DNA of 64,000 nt from Octopus bimaculoides (GCF_001194135.2 NC_068985.1:40564646-40628645); one strand, 5' to 3'. Positions 27,917 to 38,700 are shown, numbered from the stretch's first letter. The notes: generated from the sequence alone by a model not told the origin. Translations and numbers: made by a program.

Positions 27917-29573
27917 TAGACATATTTTAACCATACATATGCATTAGTTGACAGGTCTTCACCTCTCAGTTTAAGGACTTTATCTTGCAAACTATTTGAT
28001 GGCCTTACTGGTGTTATTGCCATGTAAAAAGTACCCAATCCACTCTGTAAAATGGATGGTTTTAAGAACACTCAGCTTCTGTCAAACTGTTCCACTTGTG
28101 CCTGCATGGAAAGCAGACATTAAATGATGATGATGACAACAACAATGACAATTCTTAATTTTTGAAGAGAGAATATGATTTTCATCCAAATTATGTCATA
28201 TTTTAACTGCCCCATATGAATATATGTGTGCATGTATGTATGTGTGTATATATATTATTATTATTATTTGTATTTATTTTGATCTGCTATACCATATAAC
28301 TTCTGTTATATCCAACTGCAAATATTTATACTTGTAGAAAATGTGCATGGATAAAAAATCTATGTGGTTGTAAGAAAATATATTTAAAATAGAGAAAGCA
28401 TTAAAATATGTATGAATATATAGAATTTGAATAAATGTAAAAGAACCACAAGAATATATGAATAAAGAAAATATGTAATTTTTATGTTAAGAATTATTTT
28501 CAGGTTTAAAATGTGGATAATTTTACTTTCAGATGAAGCTGCTATGGCTTTGAAAGAAGCAGACCTCATAGAAGTAATTGCCACTCTGTTAAAGAACCAA
28601 CAGACACTTCCTGATATCATTGCTAATACCTTATCTTTAACTAGAGCCATCATTCTAGCAGGTTTGTTTGAAGATGCATGTATTGTTCTCTGACTTTTTT
28701 TTTTCATTTCTTTTTTTATTTTTTACTTGTTTCAGTCATTGAACTGCAGCTATCCTTGGGCTTAAAAGACTTAGTTAAGCAAATTACCCCAGTATTTGCT
28801 TTTAAGTCTAGTACTTATTCTATCTGACTGTTTTGCTGAACTGCTAAGTTATGGGAATATAAACAAACCAAGAATGGTTGTCAAGTCGTGAGTGTGCACA
28901 GGACAACAAACACACACACACACACACATAGTGCTTCTACACCGTTTCTTTTTACCAAATTCACTCACAAAGCATTGGTCAACCTACGGCTATAGTAAAA
29001 ACCACTTATCCAAGGTACTCTGCAATAGGACTGAATCAGAAACCATGTGGTTGCATAGCCATACCTGCACCTACATCTTGGAAATTGGCACTATGTCATT
29101 ATTACCTCTAATTTCATGCCATTTTTTTTATTGATCCTTTCTGATATGACTAAATGTAGACTGATATTTCAAAATATAAATTATGAAGAATTCATTTGGA
29201 AATTATGAACAATGATCTTGAAATAGAATTCTTGACATAAATGAGATTGTTATTTTCACTTCAAATACGTGATGCATGCAGTCGTGGAAAGAGTGCTGTA
29301 AGGCAAAATCATGGTGATAATGGACATTGGCAATAAACATTGCAAAGATTGCTGCAAAGAAATCTTTATAAAAAATGGTACATTGTTTGAAAACAGTGTA
29401 TTGAAATTAGAAGAAATAATTGATCTATTGTACAACACGTATCCATATGAATTCATATGCTTTTTTTTCATTCACTTTCTTTCATTTTGAAATGCAGATT
29501 AACAGCAAAAGATGCCAACAATTTTCATGGTCTTCCATTTTTTTTTTTATTAGTGTTTCTCTTCGTGACTGCT

Positions 29574-29620
<47 letters not shown>

Positions 29621-32600
29621 GTAATATCTTCTTTTAATATGAATTTCATATTGTGTTTCTCTTTGTTTTAGCTTCTTCAACTACACCACAGTTGACCCAG
29701 TGTACACTTCTTGCTTGTGCAGGAATGGTTTCTAACATGCAAAGTAAGTATCTGGCTACAAGTACAATTAGCTGGACTAATTAATAACATTTCGTTGGGT
29801 TTGCTAAACAGCAATTAGCTGGGCTAAATGAAAGACAATTAGCTAGGTCAATTGTATGGAAGATGTTTAAATTTGCTGTTGTTTTAAGCCTTTAGAATTC
29901 ATAATATTTATTCCTTTTGACAAGGCACAAGAGATTAGGGAAAGACTTATGAACTCAGTTCTGTACATTTCTGATATTTTTCTGGCACTCCTTACCCTCA
30001 AAGGATGACTGACAGTGTTAACTCCTGCCAGATCTCAAATTAAAATGTACATCAACACAGCATGGCTGTGTGGTAAGAAGCTTGCTTCCCAACCACATGG
30101 TTCCAGGTTCAGTTCCACTGCATGACACCTAGGGCATGTGTCTTGTACTATAGCCTCAGGTAGACCAAAGCCTTGAGGGGATTTGGTAGACAGAAACTGA
30201 AAGAGACCAATAGAATAAGTACTAGGCTTACAAAGAATAAGTCCTGGGGTCAATTTGTTCGACTAAAAGCAGTGCTCCAGCATGACCACAATCAACTGAC
30301 TGAAACAAGTAAATGAAATAAATGGAAAAAAAAAATGCCCAAAAGTAAATGGTGCAAAATATAAATTTTTTTATAGCTGGGTGCTTCTAATACTGCTAAC
30401 CTTTCAACCATACAGTAAGAAGTGGAATCTATTTTATGTCAATCAAGCAATTAGATGTACTTATTGAAGAGTAGGATACAGTGTGTTAGTAGGTTAATGG
30501 TATAGTGTGTTAGAGAGTGCTTATCAGTTCAGTCAATCTTGGTATTTTCAATTACCAGCCTAGGCTCTGCTTCTCATGAGGCTAAGAAAAGCAAATTGTC
30601 AAAGTATTGGTCTCTCTCTGATAGGTTTATGGTCGAGCCTGTGGTAGTGGAGACCTCCAGTGTTCTTGGCCCCCCGAACCATATCACTGCTCACCACTAT
30701 TGGGCAGAGATGCCTATCCATAAGCGCAAGCCACATGAGTCAGTGTGACTGTTCCAGCATATCTCCCTCACTGTCCTCTAGGACAATACATTTTGTCTTC
30801 TGGGACTATGAGGCAGTCTGAATTACAGGAAACTGAAAAAATGTCTTGAAGAAGTTGTATTTTGGCATAGAAATGCAAAAACATCCCATACTCTTTAACC
30901 TTGATTTGTAACCCATTTAGTCAGATGGCTGGTGAACAGATCTGATCCATTTGATTACTAAAGGGGTTTGTCAGTATTTTTTTAACTATAGAGAACCAGA
31001 TGTGTCACAGAAGAGTGGAAGTATCAATTGATTGACAGAGATTGGCTGGTAAACATTGAGTATAACTAGAGTTGGTGTGAGAATAAATTAGTTTGACATG
31101 AAAATAATAAAAATCAGAGAAAGATCTAAGTTATTGCTATGATGTTATACACTATTGGTAGCAAAGTGGCCAAGTTGTCAAAGCATCAGACTGACATAGT
31201 ATAGATTACCTTTGTATAGTATACATGATGTTATATAATTCTTATCTGTTTGGTATCTTAACTTTCATGTCCTTAATTTGATTTTAAAGGTAAAAAAAAA
31301 ACAATTCTGTAAGTTCACATAGCAATCTTTCATATTATCTGTGTATTCCCCTCTTAAACATTATACACATATATACAGACATATTTAATGTTTTTCACTT
31401 CTCCCTTCGTTTTTAAATGTAACTTGTTTGCCCTATCCCACATGAATGAATAAAAAAGGGATAATTATTATTCTTTCATCTCTCTGGGGTTGTATTAGGA
31501 GATGTGGTCTTGACTAGCCTCCCCTCCCTCACAGTTCTTTACCTCTTAGAAACAGCTATTATTATTATTATTGGTGGTGGCGATGGCAGCATCTATACAG
31601 TGGGTTGCAGAATCAGTAGAGCACCTGCATACAGACATCCTAGACTACATTAAAAAAAAAGAATACCACCCAACCTGATTACTCACCAATACACTCTAAC
31701 CTCTAATCCATGGATGGGTCGTCTTCTTACTCTGCCTCTTCTACTCACTACTATAATGGCCTCTACTCCAAGGACTTGGTTGATCTCTTCTCAGGCCCAC
31801 CTAACTCCCTCATCTTTCCTCCTCTCATCACTCATATCATGCTGAACTCCACAGTTCAACCACTCATCACTTTATTCTTAGTCATTCCTTCCCAGAATGT
31901 CAAGCCCGTTGGAATTCTCTCCTCATCCCTATTTCTCGTACAGCCATTAACTTCTGATTGTTTAAGAACATCAGCCACATCAATCCCACTTCTTCAAATT
32001 CCTGTGAAGGCCATGAACACAACTCCTCTCTCCAAATAAGCCAATAAAATATTTTTAATGTTTTTTTTTTTGGTATTTAGTCATGGCTATTTAAATTCTG
32101 AGTTCAAATCCTACCAACATCAACTTTACCTTTCATCTTTCAAGGTTGATTAAATTGATTTTATCCCCTACACCAATATTTGTGTCTTTATGTCTGTGTT
32201 AGAAATGATTACTATTATGTACTCAGTTATAAGCAAGCTTTGGAAACTATTAGAGCAAAGGTAAATTGGTCATTTGCCAATAACACTCCTCTTTTAAGGA
32301 AAAAGGAGATCGAGTACTATGCTATTTTTGCAGCAATTTTGATCTTGGAATGGCTTGTGGAAAAAATTTCCAAGTGTGCACACCAAGTATCACTGACCCA
32401 TGTGATTCTGATAACATCTGAAATGTTTCTACAGAGCAACAGAATGTATTATAATCTGTAAAATGCATCAATTTCTTTCTGGCTCTTTGTGTTGAGGTTA
32501 ACTTTATTTTTCGTCTTTCTAGGATTGATAAATTAAGTATTAGTAAAATACAAGTGTTGACTGTTCCTCTCCACCAAATTTCAGCCCTTGTGCCTATATA

Positions 32601-33400
32601 AGCAGCTATTATTATCATCACTCATAAACCTAGCGTTTGTGTTGTCTTTGTGACATCACACATTATTTCATTCTTAGTTTTACAGCTGTTAATATATAGA
32701 AAAGAGATTTTCATTAATGAAGCGTGAGGAATAGAGGAGGCTGACTAATAAAGGAGTAAAACCTGATAAATCTTGTTACATGGGCAATGTTGATATTTTG
32801 TGCGACTGCATGGTTAAGAGGTTATCTTTGCAACCACATGCTTTTGGATTAAGTTCCACTATAAAGCACCTTGGATAAATGTTTCCTACTATAGCCCAGA
32901 GCTGAGCAAAGTCTTGTGAGTGAATTTGGTAGGTGGAAACTGAAAAGAAGCTTTTCATATAGCTATCTGTGTGTGTGTGTGTTTCCATGTGTTTCTCTCT
33001 CTCTTTGTACTGATATTGCAAGCTCAATATGAATGAACATCACTGTCACACAAGCAGAGCTGTTTGCCTGCAATCGCCTGTCCAAGACTTGGAGAAAATA
33101 TTGCCTTGCTTGGAAACAGGTGTGAGTTGGCAACTAGAAGACCATTTTGCTGTAGAAAATCTACCCTGATGCGTCCTGTTCAACCCAGACAAGCATTGAA
33201 AAGTAGACATTAAAACAGTAATGACGATGATTTTTATTTTGTTTTCACGTTTCTTTGCAGGTAATTTACGTGAGGAACTGATGTGTGCTGGAATCCCTGA
33301 TCTGGCAAAACAGTTGACATCTCATGAAAATGAGAAGGTCCGGTCTGGAGCTGAGATGTTGTTAAATGCTTTAGAAGAAAATTCTATGGAACAAAGCTGA
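1954..33400 (+). CDS. RAP1GDS1: RAP1GDS1/SmgGDS armadillo-repeat small-GTPase chaperone/GEF, spliced gene span (5'-partial; 13 constitutive-looking exons, about 578 aa in window)
   Basis: Hand-spliced GT-AG exons join into one open frame. Peptides match human SmgGDS from memory: KVANIIAELAK, RALGNICY, SDLIVLLLTGD, GALAIGNFARND, SALRNLAIP, FKLLGALRML, LVEWC..EHAGVKGE, HLVTMATSEHVLMQNEAL. Confidence 0.96.
4208..4333 (+). CDS. RAP1GDS1: RAP1GDS1 exon (126 nt), ESLRQPFVD...RALGNICYEN
   Basis: aag acceptor after a pyrimidine tract, gtaaag donor, frame continuous. Confidence 0.93.
5125..5500 (+). mobile_element. tRNA-derived SINE, family A (octopus OR/OK-type; family name unverified), near full length
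   Basis: A/B-box-like head TGTGTGGTTAAG..GTTCAGTGCC, central AAGCCTTGTGAGTGGATTT block, tail CAGCATGGCC..TGACTGAAACAAG. Other copies near 1660-1815(-), 2975-3130, 8935-9125(-), 9490-9760, 21040-21510, 21770-22080, 28720-29070(-), 30058-30320, 32800-32990. Confidence 0.8.
5983..6129 (+). CDS. RAP1GDS1: RAP1GDS1 exon (147 nt; ARM-C equivalent), DNARNCVD...LLNITNTH
   Basis: Strong pyrimidine tract plus cag, GTAAGT donor, 49 codons in frame. Confidence 0.92.
7065..7350. repeat. Old degenerate minisatellite, unit about 29 bp
   Basis: Recurring TGTGGATCAnnnnTAGTAAACAnTGGATT-like units. Confidence 0.55.
8377..8505 (+). CDS. RAP1GDS1: RAP1GDS1 exon (129 nt), NLLQKKALENG...LDSLAET
   Basis: ttcag acceptor, GTGAGT donor, open frame. 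Confidence 0.9.
10543..10668 (+). CDS. RAP1GDS1: RAP1GDS1 exon (126 nt), EFGREKIA...LLCNLAEN
   Basis: ctag acceptor, GTAAGT donor; equivalent to human LAPLAEND. Confidence 0.92.
12934..13755. mobile_element. Degraded TTAA-type MITE (second family)
   Basis: Left end TTAATCCTTTTGATGCTAACCC and right end GGGTTGGCATCAAAAA are approximately complementary. Confidence 0.4.
14278..14421 (+). CDS. RAP1GDS1: RAP1GDS1 exon (144 nt), DKIKLKLAE...SDLIVLLLTG
   Basis: ttcag acceptor, gtaaga donor; equivalent to human DAIKLQLVE...SDLMVLLLLG. Confidence 0.94.
15422..15553 (+). CDS. RAP1GDS1: RAP1GDS1 exon (132 nt), DKSMEVLF...GALAIGNFARN
   Basis: ccag acceptor, gtcagt donor, conserved NFARND motif. Confidence 0.95.
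17820..18460 (-). mobile_element. Three head-to-tail copies of SINE family B
   Basis: The AAAGGATGAAAGG..AAGTCAAC..ACTCAGAAC block recurs three times at about 200-bp spacing, bounded by (AAT)n. Confidence 0.75.
20176..20885 (-). mobile_element. 5'-truncated RTE-clade LINE with (GAT)n tail (contains a gap)
   Basis: Encodes MLRWMC...RRLRWYGHVVRM...GRGRPRKTW, the RTE C-terminal signature. Similar fragments near 11840-12345, 14730-15130 and 16215-16480. Confidence 0.88.
23008..23145 (+). CDS. RAP1GDS1: RAP1GDS1 exon (138 nt), DEHCLLLVEEG...SALRNLAIP
   Basis: ttttag acceptor, GTAAGT donor. Confidence 0.95.
24050..25250 (-). mobile_element. Degraded L2/CR1-group LINE (endonuclease to RT N-terminal region)
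   Basis: Strong strand purine skew; broken frames such as HLQSLKSGDK and KKKSSPVYDTSLSL resemble the CR1-type KKGD..NYRPISL region. Confidence 0.45.
25290..25560 (+). mobile_element. L2/Crack-like LINE 3'-end relic
   Basis: HEAFFFPKHIALWTRLSNMSF resembles the SFFPRT..LWNSLP..VFP terminal motif. A similar relic lies near 31700-32040. Confidence 0.4.
25643..25768 (+). CDS. RAP1GDS1: RAP1GDS1 exon (126 nt), LTNKTKLVNAG...FKLLGALRMLVDNQ
   Basis: acag acceptor, GTAAGT donor. Confidence 0.94.
25965..26054 (+). CDS. RAP1GDS1: RAP1GDS1 exon (90 nt), EETAKLLG...LVEWCNVEEHAGVK
   Basis: ttcag acceptor, gtcagt donor. Confidence 0.95.
26170..26391 (+). mobile_element. RTE 3'-UTR/tail copy, opposite orientation to the 20176 copy
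   Basis: Reverse complement is identical to 20176-20263 over the visible overlap; (GAT)n tail. Confidence 0.85.
27226..27405 (+). CDS. RAP1GDS1: RAP1GDS1 exon (180 nt), GEATRLLAW...HLVTMATSEHVLMQNEAL...SVL
   Basis: ctag acceptor, gtattg donor; near-identical to the human segment. Confidence 0.95.
28533..28661 (+). CDS. RAP1GDS1: RAP1GDS1 exon (129 nt), DEAAMALKEADL...RAIILA
   Basis: ttcag acceptor, gtttgt donor, frame continuous. Confidence 0.88.
29672..29743 (+). CDS. RAP1GDS1: Candidate alternative cassette exon of RAP1GDS1 (72 nt, phase 1-1), ASSTTPQLTQCTLLACAGMVSNMQ
   Basis: Pyrimidine tract plus ttttag, consensus GTAAGT donor, no stop in the required frame, length a multiple of 3. No counterpart in the human protein as I recall it. 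Confidence 0.65.
30545..30830 (+). mobile_element. CRE-like non-LTR retrotransposon, restriction-like endonuclease C-terminal fragment
   Basis: EAKKSKLSKYWSLSDRFMVEPVVVETSSVLGP followed by LFQHISLTVL*DNTFCLLG, matching the K..KY..L...F.PVAVET.GV.GP...QRISIA..RGN pattern. Confidence 0.62.
33261..33400 (+). CDS. RAP1GDS1: RAP1GDS1 last coding exon, GNLREELMC...SHENEKVRSGAEMLLNALEENSMEQS*
   Basis: tgcag acceptor; SHENEKV corresponds to human SHENKSV; TGA at 33398-33400. Confidence 0.92.
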
Positions 33401-34136
33401 GTAAAATGATGCAAAACAAAGATGCAGATTTCAAGTTTTATGGGTTTTTTTTTTTCTTGGTATTTTTTTTTTTTCCCCAGATTTTCGTACAGTTCGAACT
33501 TTCAGACTGATAAACCTTTAATGTTAACCAAAAATCCGGTGGAGATGTATTTGTGCATATGTGTGTGAGTGTGTGTAAGATTGGAAAACAATGGTCTTTA
33601 AAAACTGAAATTTGAAACCATAAAAAATATGGAAACTTTTATTAGAATTTCAGTTCCAAATTCCTTTTCAGTTATGGGTGTTATCTGTCGCATCCAAACA
33701 CATGCACATACATACATTCACATGCACACACATACACATACGCACACACACACACACACACACACACTTCACTATGAAACTAATCTCACTTTAATCACTC
33801 TGAAATTTCAAGCCGAAAGAAAAGAAAGAATGTTGGAGAAAATACAAAACAGAAACAAAAAAAAGAACCTTGATGTGAAAATTCCATTCCTGGTTAAAGC
33901 AAACAAACAGAAAAAGTATTTTTAAAAAATGATCTCAAGTCTATCAATAAGCTTTCTTTGTGTTCTGGTCATTTGGCACTATCATGATAACTATTTATTT
34001 TTCATAAACATAAAGGAAATTTGATGTATTTACCAGTTTTCAGATTCATTTCAAAAATGTTGCTCAGTTTTCAACCATATAATTTTCCTTTCAACTAGCA
34101 AAAAGCTTGCTGTTCTCATTTTTTTTTTTTTTTTTT

Positions 34137-34914
34137 NNNNNNNNNNNNNNNNNNNNNNNNNNNNNNNNNNNNNNNNNNNNNNNNNNNNNNNNNNNNNNNN
34201 NNNNNNNNNNNNNNNNNNNNNNNNNNNNNNNNNNNNNNNNNNNNNNNNNNNNNNNNNNNNNNNNNNNNNNNNNNNNNNNNNNNNNNNNNNNNNNNNNNNN
34301 NNNNNNNNNNNNNNNNNNNNNNNNNNNNNNNNNNNNNNNNNNNNNNNNNNNNNNNNNNNNNNNNNNNNNNNNNNNNNNNNNNNNNNNNNNNNNNNNNNNN
34401 NNNNNNNNNNNNNNNNNNNNNNNNNNNNNNNNNNNNNNNNNNNNNNNNNNNNNNNNNNNNNNNNNNNNNNNNNNNNNNNNNNNNNNNNNNNNNNNNNNNN
34501 NNNNNNNNNNNNNNNNNNNNNNNNNNNNNNNNNNNNNNNNNNNNNNNNNNNNNNNNNNNNNNNNNNNNNNNNNNNNNNNNNNNNNNNNNNNNNNNNNNNN
34601 NNNNNNNNNNNNNNNNNNNNNNNNNNNNNNNNNNNNNNNNNNNNNNNNNNNNNNNNNNNNNNNNNNNNNNNNNNNNNNNNNNNNNNNNNNNNNNNNNNNN
34701 NNNNNNNNNNNNNNNNNNNNNNNNNNNNNNNNNNNNNNNNNNNNNNNNNNNNNNNNNNNNNNNNNNNNNNNNNNNNNNNNNNNNNNNNNNNNNNNNNNNN
34801 NNNNNNNNNNNNNNNNNNNNNNNNNNNNNNNNNNNNNNNNNNNNNNNNNNNNNNNNNNNNNNNNNNNNNNNNNNNNNNNNNNNNNNNNNNNNNNNNNNNN
34901 NNNNNNNNNNNNNN
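34137..34914. other. Assembly gap (N run)
   Basis: N run. Other gaps at 9480-9489, 20264-20593, 21226-21377 and 50758-50824. Confidence 0.99.
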
Positions 34915-35096
34915 ACACACACACACACACACACACATTCAATCACTCGCGTGCACGCGCACACACACACACACATCTTTTATTTATTAACCAAACATAA
35001 ACTGTCTTCTTTTCAAATGAGGAGAGTTTTTTTCATACATACACAATATCATTGTACAATCAGACATTGAATTGAAAGGAAGGAAAATCATTTTAA

Positions 35097-35316
35097 CCCT
35101 TTAGCATTCAGATTACTCTGGCAAATGTAATGCTTATTTATTCACTTTGTTTTGAATTAATCATGCATTATCTCATAACTTTGAGATTTCAATGTTGTAA
35201 TTGTATATTTTCAGAGTGACATTGTAGAGTAGGTGAGAGAGGCTAGATCTAGCCAATTTGAGCATAAAGCTAGAAGAATATTTAGGCCAGATATGGCCTG
35301 TTTAAATGCTAAAGGG
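35097..35316. mobile_element. piggyBac-type MITE (220 bp)
   Basis: TTAA on both sides (35093-96, 35317-20) and 12-bp perfect TIR CCCTTTAGCATT. A truncated second copy lies at 38854-39015. Confidence 0.85.
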
Positions 35317-35472
35317 TTAAAAAAGAAAAATAAACATTCTTATTGTTTTATGCTAGTAACATTTTAAAAACTATCTTGGAGTGGTGAGTTGGCTGAACTG
35401 ATAAAGTATTAGACTTTACACCTTAAACATATTTAGCATCATCTTTCTATATTCCGAGTTTAAGTGCAACTA

Positions 35473-35701
35473 CTGGGTTGGTGCATAATTATTGCGGCTT
35501 TTTTTCAACAAATTTAATTCAACAAAAACATCTTTAAATGATTATTGCAGAGCATATTCACCATCTACTTCAATTACTGCTTCGCATTTGCTTGGCAGGT
35601 GGTCAGCCCATCATTTAAAGATGTTTTTGTTAAATATTGTTATTGTTTTTGTTGAATAAAATTTGTTGAAAAACAACTGCAATAATTATGCGCCAACCCA
35701 A
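35473..35701. mobile_element. mariner-derived MITE (229 bp)
   Basis: TA on both sides, long imperfect TIRs (GGGTTGGYGCATAATTATTGC..TTTTTCAACAAATTT), internal minus-strand DHLPSKCEAVIEVDGEYA resembling a mariner transposase C-terminus. Confidence 0.85.
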
Positions 35702-38700
35702 TAGTTCTTCTAATACTAATAAAATATATTAATTAAATTGACCAAAGTAATAATATATTGTGGTCATTTTAATTAACTGTACACATTCCCTATAAGTAGT
35801 GATTTTATGGTGCCTAACCCATGTAAAAAAATAAAATATTATTTCTAACTCTATCCCACATTTTTTTTTAACTGTTCAATGATAGGCAAGGGAACAGGGC
35901 AAAGGGGTCAGCTGAAAAGCTGAAAACTACAACCTAGCTTTAATTTTTCAGTTGGAGCAATATTGCTTCACTTACAAGCACCGATGCTTTTTGGAAAGGC
36001 ATGACCCTCCCAACTTGCCATCCTCCTCCCCCTCCATTCTCTTTTAAAAAATGTGCTAGGCCTTGTGCCCTAAAAAACAGTGGAGTGGGGGGACACCATT
36101 ATAAATTACAAGCAATGTTAAATGTGTGTGTGTGTGTGTGTAAAAGCTATGGTTCAAGTATGACAGCAGACAAACAATGTCTGTGAATTAATGTTATTTT
36201 TCTTACTTTCATGTTTATGCTATTATGCTATATTTTGCCACTTAACTTTTCTCACAAAATGATTTACACACACATACACATCTACTGTATATCTATCTCT
36301 CTTTACTCCTTTCTAAACAGTATTAATAAATTCCCTACATCTACCCTCTTCTTTTTCTTTCCATTTTTGAGGTTGTTACTATTTTGGTCTTTTTAAATGT
36401 CCAAAATTAGATAATAAAGCAAAGAGGAACTAAGAAATAAAATTACACATGACAGAAGAAACACATCCATAAGATAATGACTATGTAATGAATGTAGCAA
36501 CAATGATTTCTTTCTTTATTTATTCATAATAGATTTCTATTATTTTTTGTTGTTTACACAGGAGGCAGGATCATTAAAGCATCACACAAAAATACTTTGT
36601 GGTATTTGGTTCTCTTTTAATCCTCACTCTTTCAAGATTAATATTATATGCTCCATCCAGTTTCTAGAGTTTATGTAATTAAATGTTCCCTTAATGGTAC
36701 TTATTTTATTACCCTTAGAATATTGAAAGCCAAAACTGATCCTAATGAGATTTGTTCATCCATCCATACAACAGTGACATCTTATGGTATATGCTTGATT
36801 TAGATTTAAGTGAAAGAACATTGTACAACATCTACCTCGCCCTTTCTCCAAACCTGTCTTGATCCAGAAGCCAAGACAGTTTGAGATATGTCTAGATGCA
36901 GTGGATGACCAGGACTTCTAATGTGTCTTGTGAATTAATGTCTCTTAACATTCAAACTGCCTTGTTGTCTGTTGGGTTAGCCACTGTCCTCACCCAATCC
37001 AGCCACCAGAATCAAAATGTACATGATAAAGTAGGCACAATCTATAACTCAATGAATGTTTTAAGACTTGAAGGCTACCCTCACTTGCTTTACTCCTGTC
37101 AAAATGGTTTGCCAGGGTATGCTTAGTTCGCATGCTACAGCTTCTTGATGCCACAGGTGAGATTTGGACACAAACCAAAAAGAGATGTACTGCCATAAAA
37201 GATGCTGACTCTCTCTGAACAGCACAAACACTCTAAGTAAAATAACAATACTGTAATATGATTTACACTAATGTTCAGTCTAATAATAATTGTTTGTAAT
37301 ATAGACACAAGAGCCAGTAACTTTTGGGGAGAGAAATGGTCAGTTATATCAAAGCCAATACTTGACTCATACTTTATTGTATTAACCCCACAAGGTGGAA
37401 CGGCAAAGTTGATCTTGGCAAGATTTGAGCTAATATATAAAGAGCTGTAACTGAATACCACAAGGCATTTTGTCCAATACTCTAATGATGATAATAAACA
37501 TTGCCTGATAAATGTTATGGTAGTGATTCATCTGAAAGGTCTTGTAAGAATTTGCTAATGCTGTGTAAAGCATTGAAATGTTAAGTTATTTCAACTAGAA
37601 CTGTAACAGAAAACTTAGCTTTTTGGCAATCAACACTACACATACTTTTTTTTCTCTCTCTTACACACACACTTTCTCTCTTTCACATTCACCTCCCATA
37701 CACTATAAATACGTAACAGTGTGTATAATTGACTTAGTTTCCTCACCGCCCTACATGCAATAATAATGATAATAAAAGGCAGCTGAATTTCGACAAAATA
37801 TTTAGTTTTTAAAACAAAAAAAAGTGAAGAGAAAAATCCAAAATATTCCATTACTTTACTTATTTGCATAAACTCTCCAAGAATTCTGCCCACATCTTTG
37901 AAGTGCTTCTGTATGTGAACTATTTTTTTATAATTCTTTGTCTTGTACTTTGGGTAAAATTCCTGGTATTAATGGTTAAAGTGAGACTCAAACAGCTTCT
38001 CTGACAAAATGTTAGAATTTTGCAAATGTATATAACTTTATCACCGGTACATGATGTATGGATTTCTAATTATGAAATATTCGTAATTTTTCCTTTTTAA
38101 AAATCTGAACACTGTTTTCTAATATAACCCATTGTATATTTGGGTTGACATAAATACTTCTAACCATTTTCTTGTAACACTTTACGCTTTTTTCTTTTTT
38201 CCTCGGAAATTTCTGACACAGCATATTTGAAAAGATGGTTTCACAGTACAGTCACAGCTGTAAAACCAGTAAAAGACAATGCAAATGAAATTTGTTTTGT
38301 TTTGTTTGTTTGTTTTTTTCCTTAAATATGAACCCAGTTTATTAAAGTTAAAAGAAATTATTATTGTTGTAATTATTTTTATCATCATCATTGTCATTAC
38401 TTTTTATTTAAGTCATACAAATGAGTGGAACTTCGAATATTTAGTTATGTTCCTAGGTCAAATCCTGCCTCAGTCGACTTTGCCTTTCAACTTTCAAAGC
38501 TCAATAAAATAAAGCACTAATCAAGTACTAGGATTGATCTAACTGACTATATCTCTTCTCGTCCTAAATTTGTGGCCCTTGTACCTATGTTAGAAACTAT
38601 TAATGATCTTATACCAGAGAGTGGTACCTTTAGGGGGATGAAAAAATTGTAGTTCATAATTTTTAATTTTAATGTACTTAATTCAAGTGATACTTTATCT

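Noticed and set aside
28504-28532. Upstream AG as an alternative acceptor for exon 28533
   Set aside because: It adds 29 nt and shifts the frame; there is no support for its use.
33255-33266. CAG|GTAATT resembling a recursive splice site
   Set aside because: Explained by the Gly-Asn codons at the start of a normal coding exon.
34051-35000. Long ORFs of 283-297 aa in the track
   Set aside because: They consist almost entirely of N (assembly gap). The same applies to the ORFs at 20243-20824, 21064-21570 and 50724-50909.
36780-37230. Possible further RTE relics here and at about 48450-49100
   Set aside because: Only vague motif traces; they could not be supported without alignment.
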